From an uncultured Acidimicrobiales bacterium (GTDB lineage: Bacteria > Actinomycetota > Acidimicrobiia > Acidimicrobiales > CAVXTF01), in assembly GCA_963701375.1 (NCBI GenBank), contig CAVOZT010000005.1, forward strand, positions 393,601 to 457,600: a stretch of DNA of 64,000 nt. Reading direction: 5' to 3'. Under the pieces are notes generated by a model, which was not told where the DNA came from, did not search any database, and was given only the letters and a program-made list of their open reading frames with translations. The position numbers and the translations under genes were made by a program. Shown one piece after another: positions 55,101 through 62,909 of this stretch (positions are counted from its first letter, which is position 1; each line of letters begins with the position of its first letter).

Positions 55101-56666
55101 AGTGAACTGCTGGGTCTCTCCTTTCGGGACCGACGCTGCCGTCGGCGACACGGTTACGGCGACGAGAACGGCCGGCAGCACCGTCACCGCGGCCGTCCCG
55201 TTCAACAGCGACGAGGGGTCGGTTGCGGTGATAGTCGTCGCGCCTGTACCCGTGGCGGTGACGAGTCCGTGCGATCCCGAAGTGTTGGAGACGGTGGCAA
55301 CCGTTGTGCTCGAGGACGACCACGTGACGGAGTTCGTGAGGTTGAGCGTGCTCAGGTCCGAGTAGTGGCCCGTCGCGGTGAACTGCTGGGTCTCGCCCTT
55401 CGGAACCGACGCCGCCGTCGGCGACACGGTTACGGCGACCAGAACGGCCGGCAGCACGGTGACGGCGGCCGTTCCGTTCAACAGCGACGAGGGGTCGGTT
55501 GCGGTAATGGTGGCCCCGCCGGTACCCGTAGCGGTGACGAGTCCCTGCGATCCCGAGGCGTTGGAGACGGTGGCAACCGTTGTGCTCGACGACGACCACG
55601 TGACCGTGCCAGTCAGGTTCTGGGTCGTCGCGTCCGAGTAATGACCCGTTGCGGTGAACTGCTGGGTCTCGCCCTTAGGAACCGACGCCGCCGTCGGCGA
55701 CACGGTTACGGCGACCAGAACGGCCGGCAGCACGGTGACGGCGGCCGTTCCGTTCAACAGCGACGAGGGGTCGGTTGCTGTAATGGTCGTCGCGCCCGCC
55801 CCGGTTGCCGTCACGAGTCCCTGGGAGCCAGAGGAGTTGGAGACGGATGCCACAGAATTGCTCGAGGACGACCACGTGACCGTGTTCGTGAGGTTCTGAG
55901 TGGTCGCATTCGAGTAGTTACCCGTGGCGGTGAACTGCTGAGTCTCGCCTTTGGGCACGGAGGCTGCGGTCGGCGACACGGTGACTGCGACAAGGACGGC
56001 GGGGATCACGGTCGCAACGGCGGTACCGAATACCGACCCGACGGTGGCAGTGATCGTTGCGACACCTGTCCCGACGGCGGTTGCCTGGCCCTGCGAACCG
56101 GATGCGTTGGAGACCGTGGCAACCGTTGTGCTCGACGACGACCAGGTGACGTTGCTCGTGAGGTTCTGCGTGCTCAGGTCGGAGTAATGCCCGGTTGCGA
56201 GGAACGCCGCGGACTCGCCGAGCGGAATGGACGCGGCCGCGGGTGAAACCGTGATCGTGAGAAGCACGGCGGGGAGCACGGTCATAGCCGCCGTGCCGGA
56301 TACTGCAGTCCCTTCGGCGGCGGTGATCGTGGCCACCCCGGTTCGGATCGCAGTGGCCAGTCCCTGCGATCCGGTCGTGTTCGACACCGTCGCGACCGAC
56401 GAGCTCGAGGTTGACCAGGTGGCGGTGTTCGTGATGTTCTGCGTGCTCAGGTCGGAGTAGTGCCCGGTAGCGGTGAACTGCTCGGTCTCGCCGATCGGCA
56501 CGGACGCAGTGGTCGGCGAGACGGTTATCGACAACAGGATCGGGCTTCCGAGCGCTGTTGCCGGCACCACACTTGCTGCAATCGCAGTCAGCGCCGCCAA
56601 CACCGCCATGACGACGAGCAGCAAACGACCGCCCACTTTTCGCGGCCCCGCCAGGTGCGTCCCCAT
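52122..56666 (-). CDS. secreted giant protein: signal peptide + 15 tandem Big_2 (bacterial Ig-like) repeats + C-terminal IPT/TIG-like domain
   Basis: 1514 aa. The N-terminus is RKVGGRLLLVVMAVLAALTAIAASVVPATALG. There are 15 units of ~92 aa of the form VTVSPxxASVPxGETQQFTATGHYSD(L/G)(S/T)TxxLTxxVTWSSSxTSVATVSNxSGSQGLVTGTGTGAATITATDPSSxLNGTAVVTVLPAVLVA. The tail is KLVISPSTGPPRTKVTVLGEGFTPGTSVKIIYK... No LPXTG motif or C-terminal TM helix was seen. Confidence 0.85.
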   Translation of the reverse strand: MGTHLAGPRKVGGRLLLVVMAVLAALTAIAASVVPATALGSPILLSITVSPTTASVPIGETEQFTATGHYSDLSTQNITNTATWSTSSSSVATVSNTTGSQGLATAIRTGVATITAAEGTAVSGTAAMTVLPAVLLTITVSPAAASIPLGESAAFLATGHYSDLSTQNLTSNVTWSSSSTTVATVSNASGSQGQATAVGTGVATITATVGSVFGTAVATVIPAVLVAVTVSPTAASVPKGETQQFTATGNYSNATTQNLTNTVTWSSSSNSVASVSNSSGSQGLVTATGAGATTITATDPSSLLNGTAAVTVLPAVLVAVTVSPTAASVPKGETQQFTATGHYSDATTQNLTGTVTWSSSSTTVATVSNASGSQGLVTATGTGGATITATDPSSLLNGTAAVTVLPAVLVAVTVSPTAASVPKGETQQFTATGHYSDLSTLNLTNSVTWSSSSTTVATVSNTSGSHGLVTATGTGATTITATDPSSLLNGTAAVTVLPAVLVAVTVSPTAASVPKGETQQFTATGHYSDLSTLNLTNSVTWSSSSTSVATVSSASGSQGLVTATGTGAATITATDPSSLLSGTALVTVLPAVLVAVTVSPPATSIPNGDTLPFAATGHYSDGATSDLTSAVTWSSSSTSIATVSNASGSQGHVTATGTGAATITATDPSSLLSGTALVTVLPAVLVAVTVSPAAASVPNGENHQFTATGHYSDGTTSDLTSTVTWSSSSTSVATVSNASGSQGLVTATGTGAATITATDPSSLSSGTALVTVLPAVLIAVTVSPVAASVPSGESEQLTATGRYSDGTTKDLTDTVTWSSSDTTAATVSNASGSQGLVTGVGTGAATITATDPSSLLNGTAIVTVLPAVLVAITVSPLAASVPVGESAPFLATGHYSDATTKDLTDVVTWSTSDPTIATVSNTSGSQGEVTGTGTGGATITATDPSSLVNGTAVVTVLPAVLLAITVSPTAASVPDGETQQFTATGHYSDLSTQNLTGVVTWSSSDTSVATVSNSAGSQGLVTGTGTGAATITATDPSSVLNGTAVVTVLPAVLVAVTVSPLTASVANGKTTQLTATGHYSDLSSKNLTDVVTWSSSDTSVATVSNNSGSQGLVTGTGTGAATITATDPSSVLNGTAVVTVLPAVLVAVTVSPLAASVPNGETQQFTATGHYSDGTTQDLTDVVTWSSSDTSVATVSNSSGSKGLVTGTGTGAATITATDPSSLLNGTAVVTVLPAVLVAVTVSPTAASVPNGETQPFSATGHYSDGTTKDLTDVVTWSSSDTSVASVSNSVGSQGEVTGVGTGVATITATDTSSVLNGTAVVTVLPAVLLAITVSPTQASVALHGSKQFTATGHYSDLSTRNITDSVTWSTSNTGDATISNAAGSQGVATGVATGDVVVTATDTSSGVLGVADLTVTGIKLVISPSTGPPRTKVTVLGEGFTPGTSVKIIYKTGVPTKPRFKICTATVGSDGTFSCIGHIRGLRVAGAPGAHTVVAKVPHSHTVAASTTYTLTS
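52420..56530. repeat. 276-bp tandem repeat array (15 copies) inside the Big_2 gene
   Basis: The periodicity is visible in antisense shadow ORFs spaced exactly 276 nt apart (55102, 55378, 55654). Units 4-6 are near-identical over their first two thirds. Confidence 0.85.
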
Positions 56667-56857
56667 TCCCCCTACCTCCTGTGCTGATCGCCACTTTTCC
56701 CCGTAAAAAGACTTACGAAACTAAAGTTCTTTAATAGTCGGAGACAAACCTCCGGATCCATTCGGAGATGGTTCAGGTGGGGAAGAATCGAGTAGGTGAA
56801 GCTAAGTGACTCCTCAATTTTGAGGAGGAGAACGATCCGTCGAGGAGGGAGCATGCG

Positions 56858-57307
56858 ATGACCGATCCACACGAAACGGCGAGAGACATAGCCGAGGCGC
56901 GTGCGAGGCTTCTGGCGTTTGCTCGAGGATGTTCAGCGGAGCAATGGTGCTCGAGCCCGCTCGGTGACGCAGATCCCCGCTCCGTTTCTGTGATCGTCGA
57001 CCATGTCGCAGACGCGTACGACTACATCGCCGGGTGGCTGCGAGCACTCGTTGGCGGCGCCGCGCTCGAGGTGAACTCGGACATGGTGGACGAGTTGAAC
57101 GCGAAGCACGCGAGCGGCGCTGCAGTGATAGATCGCGACGAGGTGAGCGCGCACCTGCAAACCAGTGGTGACGCTTTGATCGGGTTCATCGAGGAGCTCG
57201 AGCCCGATGACCTCGTCATCGAGAACGGGCGCGTCCAACGCCTTGCGGAGATCGCAGCGCGCCACGCTGACGGCCACAGATCAGAGCTCGAGGCCGCCTT
57301 CGGTTGA
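56858..57307 (+). CDS. DinB-like / mycothiol-maleylpyruvate-isomerase N-terminal domain protein
   Basis: 149 aa, four-helix pattern. Candidate metal ligands are SVIVDHVADAYDYIAGWL and AARHADGHRSELEAA. The family call is moderate. Confidence 0.55.
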   Translation: MTDPHETARDIAEARARLLAFARGCSAEQWCSSPLGDADPRSVSVIVDHVADAYDYIAGWLRALVGGAALEVNSDMVDELNAKHASGAAVIDRDEVSAHLQTSGDALIGFIEELEPDDLVIENGRVQRLAEIAARHADGHRSELEAAFG

Positions 57308-57461
57308 CGGACCTACGAGCACCCGGGCCGGGGCGCCCGCCTCATGCGACCGTCTAACCGGCCACCGCCACCTGGCCCGGGTGAACCTGAGAAAGTGAAC
57401 ACCCGTTCAGTATGCGCCACTAGTCCTTTTCTTACAAGGTACTCACGGTGCGTACGCAAGG

Positions 57462-58389
57462 TCAGCGGAGCGGCTCGTACCGGACGTCAGTCAGCTCCTC
57501 CGAGATCTCCCACAGGCGCCTGGCGGTATCGCGATTCCTTGCCGCTCTGACGAAATGCACCTGCTTCGGATATCCGCGCATTCCGAAGAGTTGATCCGGC
57601 CCGTAGTACCGGGCGCCCGCGACGTCGGGGGAGGTGGCGGCATACAGGGCCGGAAGAGCACCCATCGCCGCAGTCTGCGCAAAGACCGCGTTCTCCAGGT
57701 TGGTCACCTTCTCCATGATCTTCGACCCGCTCATCTGAGGCCCGACACCCTGCAGGTTGGTCGCGGCGTAGCCGGGATGAGCGGCGACGCTCACGATGTC
57801 TTTGGATGAAACCCTCCTGTCGAGCTCGAGGGTGAAGAGTTGGTTCGCGAGCTTGGACTGGGCGTAGGCGGTCCACTTTCCATAGCGTCTCTGTCCCTGC
57901 AGGTCGTCGAACCTGATGCGTCCTATCCTCGCGACCTCACTGGAGATCGTGACGACCCGGGCACCGGGTCGCGCGATCAGCCTGTCTACAAGCAACCCGG
58001 TGAGCGCGAAGTGACCGAGGTGGTTGGTGCCGAACTGCATCTCGAAGCCGTCGGCGGTCTCGCGAACGCGGGATGGCCATCACCCCCGCGTTGTTCAAGA
58101 GGATGTCGAGACCCTCATACCCGGCGGAGAATTCCGCAGCGAAGGTGCGTACCGAAGCCAGATCGGAGAGATCGAGATGTTCGAGGCGCACGTCCGAGCC
58201 CGGCGCACTCTCGAGGATCCGTTTCACGGCGGCATCGCCCTTTGCCTGGTCTCGGCACGCCAGCACGACGCGCGCACCGGCTGTCGCCAAAGCGAGTGAT
58301 GCTTCGAACCCGAGACCGCTGTTCGCCCCGGTGACGAGAGCGGTGCGGCCTTTTTGATCCGGGATGTCCTTTGTGGTCCACCGTGCCAT
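57462..58389 (-). pseudogene. short-chain dehydrogenase/reductase (SDR), frameshifted near 58060
   Basis: ORF 57937..58389 (TALVTGANSGLGFEASLALATAGARVVLACR...LLNNAGVMAIP) is followed in another frame by RVRETADGFEMQFGTNHLGHFALTGLL...YAQSKLAN (ORF 57462..58040). The lesion looks like one C missing from a C-run. Confidence 0.8.
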
Positions 58390-58862
58390 CAGCCGTGCCT
58401 TCCCGCCGTGAGCTCCTCTATGCGCTCGAGGGTCTTGACCATGTTCGAGCGGGTCTTCTCCGGGAATCCGCCCAGTTTGAGGAGCACGCGCTGATGGTCC
58501 TTCGTCAGGTCCCAGCTCTCTCTCACCAAAGTGGCGTCACCGTCGACGGGATCCAGCTCGTAGCGCCAGATACGACCCGCCGAGATACGACCCATGAATC
58601 CGGGGGGCCGCGCCTGCCAGGCGATGCGCCGGTTCTCCTCGAACTCCACGACAGTGTTGACCATCGAATAGCCGATTCCGAGCTTCATCGACATGCCGAA
58701 GGTCGAGCCGAACGTCAGGCGTTCGGGGGCACCGGACTTCACCTGCTTCACCGTTCCCGACCCGTCGAAAGTCGGATGCGCCGATGCGTCAGCCAACAGG
58801 TCGAAGATGGATTCAGGTGATGCCTTTATGACCTTCTCCACGGTCACTACATCGCCTTGCAT
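58389..58862 (-). CDS. SRPBCC family (polyketide cyclase/dehydrase-like) protein
   Basis: ATG at 58862 inside ORF 58389..59048. Sequence: MQGDVVTVEKVIKASPESIFDLLADASAHPTFDGSG... Its stop overlaps the SDR start. Confidence 0.65.
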   Translation of the reverse strand: MQGDVVTVEKVIKASPESIFDLLADASAHPTFDGSGTVKQVKSGAPERLTFGSTFGMSMKLGIGYSMVNTVVEFEENRRIAWQARPPGFMGRISAGRIWRYELDPVDGDATLVRESWDLTKDHQRVLLKLGGFPEKTRSNMVKTLERIEELTAGRHG

Positions 58863-58914
58863 CGCGTCCTTCCTTCCGGGCGGCAGGTTTCGACCGCCTT
58901 CAGTGCGGTGACGT

Positions 58915-59332
58915 TCAACTCGCGGGGGTGAGCTCGACAACTGGGATAACGCGGGACGTCTTCTCCTGGTACTCACCAAACCCCGAATAGCGCCGTGCCT
59001 GCTCGGCATAAATCCGGTCGCGATCGGGTCCGACCACAGGCGCCGCATCCGCCTCGTAGGTCTCGACTCCGACTTCGGCGGTCACCCGGGGGTTGGCGAC
59101 CAGATTGCGGTACCAATCCGGATTCGTGTCGGCGCCGGCCTTCGAGGCGAAGACGAAGCGCCGTCCGTCTAGATCGAGATACATCATCGGATTGACCCGC
59201 TCCTTACCGGTCTTCGCTCCGGTGGTGTGTAGCAACAGAACGGGCGCGTCTTTGAAGGGGCCACCCACCCGACCTTGGTTCGCCGCGGAACTCGTCGATG
59301 ATCTTGCGGTTCCAGTCCACAACTTCGCTCAT
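58915..59332 (-). pseudogene. deazaflavin (F420)-dependent nitroreductase family (DDN-like), frameshifted near 59280
   Basis: The ATG at 59332 gives MSEVVDWNRKIIDEFR. The next frame continues ANQGRVGGPFKDAPVLLLHTTGAKTGKERVNPMMYLDLDGRRFVFASKAGADTNPDWYRNLVANP (ORF 58915..59322). Confidence 0.75.
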
Positions 59333-59359
59333 TTCCTACCTCCGCTTCTTCGGCTGACG

Positions 59360-60502
59360 TTAATGGTTCGGCGCCTGCCAGTGGACCAGATCCTTACTGC
59401 GCGCGATGCCGATCTTTGCATGTCCCCAACCGCCGAAAGCGGTGAGCTCGTTGCTGCCGGCGTAGAGAAGGTAGTAGTACCCGCCGTTGGCGCGGTCGTT
59501 GCAAAGGAAGGCGGAGTTCGCCCATTCGTAGTTCACACTCGATATTCCACTTGCCGAGTCCCAGGGGGCCTTCGGGACGTCCAGTTCGTAGCCGCCTTTC
59601 CAGTCGAGCCATCCAGAGGGTCGGTCGGGGTTGCCGGCAAGCGTGTAGAGCCATGGCTGGTCGAGGACGTTGGAGGTGGCCATCAACCGCCACGTCCCGT
59701 CAACTGACAAGAACTCGTCGCGTTCGATCGTGTCTCCGTTGACACGGATGTCCGGCTTGCCGACGTATCGCCACGGCCCGCTCGGTGAGCCGTCGGGAGA
59801 CCACGCAATCTCGAAGGCCTGCTGGTTTCCGGCGACTCCTGCCTTGAACCCGAGCATCAACCCGTCAGCTGTCCACGCCAGAGAGCCATCGATCATCCGA
59901 TCAGTCGGGCCGGGAGCGAGGTTCTGTGCCAATGGATGCGGAGGCGACCACGTGACGAGATCGGTGGAGGTGCGGTAGTAGAGGCGGTCTTGCTCGCCCC
60001 CCGATTGTCCGGGGTCCGACTGGTAGGTCACGACGAACAGGCCTTCTGGGTCCCGGACCACCTCGGGCGAAGCGACGCCCAACGTGCCCGGTTGGGCCGG
60101 CCAGGCGACGGGAGCGGTCCAGTGGCTCAGGTCTTCACTAGTCGATGTGGCGATGTCCCAGTAGACGCCCCCCGGGATGGAGCGGTCGTACCTCACGTAG
60201 CTGAACAGCATGTGCCAACGATCGGCGTACCAGATCAACGCCTCGTCCTTCTCACCTGCTGAAGGAGACGAGAGGATCGGGTTGTGCAGGCTCGACCAGT
60301 CGATGGCGAGCGAACCCTTTGCACCTATTACGCACTCGTGGTCAGCGCCGGCCGCAACGACGACACCGGGCTTCGGAGATGTCGGCGACGATCCGTGGTT
60401 GGTGTTGTCCGCGCACGAAACGCATGCCAGGGAGATGAGTGCGGACAGGACGGTAAGTTTGGCTCCGCTCGAGTAGCGCCTTGCGCGGCCGCTACGCATC
60501 AC
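59360..60502 (-). CDS. lipoprotein with five-bladed beta-propeller glycosidase-like fold (GH43/32 clan; family uncertain)
   Basis: 380 aa. The lipobox-like signal is LTVLSALISLACVSC. Repeated blade motifs are WYADRWHMLFS, GLFVVTYQS, DGLMLGFK, DGTWRLMATS and YYYLLYAGS...IGIARSKDLVHW. It overlaps the patatin gene by 11 nt. Confidence 0.5.
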   Translation of the reverse strand: MMRSGRARRYSSGAKLTVLSALISLACVSCADNTNHGSSPTSPKPGVVVAAGADHECVIGAKGSLAIDWSSLHNPILSSPSAGEKDEALIWYADRWHMLFSYVRYDRSIPGGVYWDIATSTSEDLSHWTAPVAWPAQPGTLGVASPEVVRDPEGLFVVTYQSDPGQSGGEQDRLYYRTSTDLVTWSPPHPLAQNLAPGPTDRMIDGSLAWTADGLMLGFKAGVAGNQQAFEIAWSPDGSPSGPWRYVGKPDIRVNGDTIERDEFLSVDGTWRLMATSNVLDQPWLYTLAGNPDRPSGWLDWKGGYELDVPKAPWDSASGISSVNYEWANSAFLCNDRANGGYYYLLYAGSNELTAFGGWGHAKIGIARSKDLVHWQAPNH

Positions 60503-62042
60503 CGTGGATCACGTCGTGGCTCAGAACATGAACCGCGTGAAGAGCCAGGTGTCCGAGCTCGACTTTGTCGGCCACGGACAGTTGAGCGAGTTGCGCGCCA
60601 CTAAGCCGGACGCCGTTCCAGCCGAGTCGGTCGTATTCGGCGTCGACTTTCTCGAGCGCGCCTCCGAGGTCGACGCCGGGCAGGTAGGCGGCCAGGCAGT
60701 GCTCCAGCCAGTACCTCATGTTTCGATAGCCGAGCGCGAAGTCGCTCTGGCGGAACCTGATGTCGAAGAATCCACCGAAATGAAAGAGAAACGATCCGGC
60801 CAACTGCTTCGAAGGGGGTTCCGTAACCGAGGGGTCGAGCGTCGGTGACACGACCTCGACCTTGATCGGGTCTTTCGACTGGAGGCCGGTGGCCTCACGC
60901 ACAAGCGCGTCGAGAACGGACTCGCAGTCGCCTGAGTCGACTGACGGCGGATTCTTCGGGGCTCGATTCGCTTGACTCGTAACGTTTGCCTGCCCGTCTC
61001 GAACCTGTCGCAAGGCCGAACCCACAGATGCGATGACGGCATCGCGTACGGCGGCGGCCTGGTCGTCCGAAAGCTCTGCGGCGGAGATACCTTCGTCGAT
61101 CCCTTTGCACACGGCTGGAGCCACGAATTTCACCCATTCCAAGTGAGAGTTCGTCTTCTGGAGCCGCTTCAGATCCTGATATATCGATTGCGACCGGCTC
61201 ATGCTGAATGAGTGAGTTCCTGTCCGGACCCAAGGAGGCAACGGGGCATCTCCGCCCCAGACCGGAGACGGGGTGGGGGCGGGAAAGGCGGGGTCCGGAT
61301 GAATGAGGACGTAAACCCGCTCGTCGTCGCTCTCGATCCCTTGGGCCAGGTCGATCGTGCGTCCGAGCGGCTCGTTGTCGACCGTCCCGCCGTCGGTGTA
61401 CCAGAACAGGCCGTCGGCCGGGAAGCCCTGAAGGCCGGCTTGGTCGTAACTCGTCTTGTCGGCCAGCCGGTTCAACTGCTTCGCCGGAAAACCGATGGCG
61501 TTCGACCCAGACGCGATTGCCGCTTCTGCGTGCCTCAGGAAGTCATCGGATCCTTCGGATGACGTGAGCGTCACGCCGTACCAGTCGAGGAAGGTCGACG
61601 CGTTCACCGTTGTGTTGCGGACGAGATCAGGTAGTGAGTAAGTGAGACCGGCAAGGCTCGCGAGCGCCATCGACAGCCTGACGGGCTCCTTTTGCCAGTT
61701 CGCCTGAGGCCCTTCGGGAACACCGTCTTTTCCGAGAACCTTCGAAGCCATCTGGGTCAGCGCCGCAGAGGAAAGCGGCGAATCGGTCGAATGGGTCGTC
61801 ATCGCCTTGAACGACACGTTCTCCACCCACGCCGCCGACATCAGGTCTACGCCGTCGACATCTCGAAGAAGCGATCGTGCTGTCAGCAGACCGGTGATCG
61901 ATCCCGCCGATGCAGATGCGATCGAATCGATGACGACGACATCTTCGCCGAGCACCTTCGCGGCAACGATCAGAGCCGCAAGCGCGCCTCCTTCATATGC
62001 ACCAAGTGAGACCGCGCCGGGAATCGTGAGGGAGAGACGCAA
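60492..62042 (-). CDS. patatin-like phospholipase with ~250-aa uncharacterised C-terminal region
   Basis: 516 aa. The N-terminal strand and oxyanion region is LTIPGAVSLGAYEGGALAAL. The nucleophile elbow IASASAGSITG is SxSxG rather than GxSxG. The Asp motif is WYTDGGTVDNEPLG. Confidence 0.75.
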   Translation of the reverse strand: MRLSLTIPGAVSLGAYEGGALAALIVAAKVLGEDVVVIDSIASASAGSITGLLTARSLLRDVDGVDLMSAAWVENVSFKAMTTHSTDSPLSSAALTQMASKVLGKDGVPEGPQANWQKEPVRLSMALASLAGLTYSLPDLVRNTTVNASTFLDWYGVTLTSSEGSDDFLRHAEAAIASGSNAIGFPAKQLNRLADKTSYDQAGLQGFPADGLFWYTDGGTVDNEPLGRTIDLAQGIESDDERVYVLIHPDPAFPAPTPSPVWGGDAPLPPWVRTGTHSFSMSRSQSIYQDLKRLQKTNSHLEWVKFVAPAVCKGIDEGISAAELSDDQAAAVRDAVIASVGSALRQVRDGQANVTSQANRAPKNPPSVDSGDCESVLDALVREATGLQSKDPIKVEVVSPTLDPSVTEPPSKQLAGSFLFHFGGFFDIRFRQSDFALGYRNMRYWLEHCLAAYLPGVDLGGALEKVDAEYDRLGWNGVRLSGAQLAQLSVADKVELGHLALHAVHVLSHDVIHGDA

Positions 62043-62052
62043 CGAGACGTCC

Positions 62053-62775
62053 TCAGCCTATGTACCACTTGCCGTTTATCTGCTGGAGCGGGACAGGACT
62101 AATCGAGTTGTTGGCTGCGACTGCCGCCGCGTAGGCCTGGTCGAAACTGACGCCGTTTCCCGGCATTCCCGTGCTGGCCGAAGAGTTCGACTCGCAGTTG
62201 TTGCTGGTCGTGATGAAAGGGGCGCACAGTTCACCCGTGACCGCCACAAGCGCCTCGTTGCCCTGAACGACCTGGTTTACGACCGTCCCGCTCCCCGTCG
62301 CGCCGGTGAACGATGACTCGTGGCTCACGCACACCGCCTGCGAAGAGGGAACCGGGAAAGTGCAAACTTGCGCACCGTTGTTGGCGAGGACCGCCGAGAT
62401 GAATCCGTTCACCGTGGAGGTGGGTGAGTTCCCGCCCCCGCCGACGAGGACGACGATGAGCACGACCACCACGACGACAACAGCCACTCCTCCGCCGATC
62501 ATGGCGAGCATCTTGTTATTGAGCCCTGAGCGCGCCGGACCTTGCGCGGGGAAGCCGTAAGGAGGGACACCCCCTTGACCCTGGTAGGGCGGTGATTGCC
62601 CCGGCGGTGCGTACGGAGGTGGGGTCCCTCCGTAGGGCGGAGGAGTGCCACCGTAGGGAGGCGCCGAAGGTGCGCCGTAGGGAGGCTCGGAGGGGTTTCC
62701 GTAGGGTGGCACCGAGGGGTCGCCGCCGTAAGGCGGCGGCTGGGGATTCTCGTTCCCACCAGGATTAGAGTCCAT
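62053..62775 (-). CDS. single-pass membrane protein: PPYG-repeat N-terminus, TM helix, Cys-containing extracytoplasmic domain
   Basis: 240 aa. About 10 (P/A)PPYG(G/N) repeats are followed by MLAMIGGGVAVVVVVVVLIVVLV, then a ~110-aa domain with 4 Cys ending in INGKWYIG. Confidence 0.6.
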   Translation of the reverse strand: MDSNPGGNENPQPPPYGGDPSVPPYGNPSEPPYGAPSAPPYGGTPPPYGGTPPPYAPPGQSPPYQGQGGVPPYGFPAQGPARSGLNNKMLAMIGGGVAVVVVVVVLIVVLVGGGGNSPTSTVNGFISAVLANNGAQVCTFPVPSSQAVCVSHESSFTGATGSGTVVNQVVQGNEALVAVTGELCAPFITTSNNCESNSSASTGMPGNGVSFDQAYAAAVAANNSISPVPLQQINGKWYIG

Positions 62776-62909
62776 CTTCGTCTCCCTCAGCCTGCATGTT
62801 CCGGGACCGGAATGGTCCTCGGACCGCCGGGAATACAGTAGGCGACCGCTGGTCGTGGGAGGTGAGCCCAGACCGAGAGCCTGCTCTTTTGCCGATCATC
62901 TCCTCACGA

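Noticed and set aside
52420-56530. The regular repeat array as a CRISPR-like or satellite element.
   Set aside because: The units are contiguous with no spacers, 276 bp long, in frame and protein-coding throughout.
52318-56706. A series of 60-385-aa plus-strand ORFs (e.g. 55102..55365, 55378..55641, 55089..56246) with striking 276-nt periodicity.
   Set aside because: They are antisense shadows of the Big_2 repeat gene. Their periodicity simply mirrors the sense-strand repeats. Their composition (V/T/A-rich or R/G-rich) is what the complement of the repeat gives, and there is no independent start or RBS logic.
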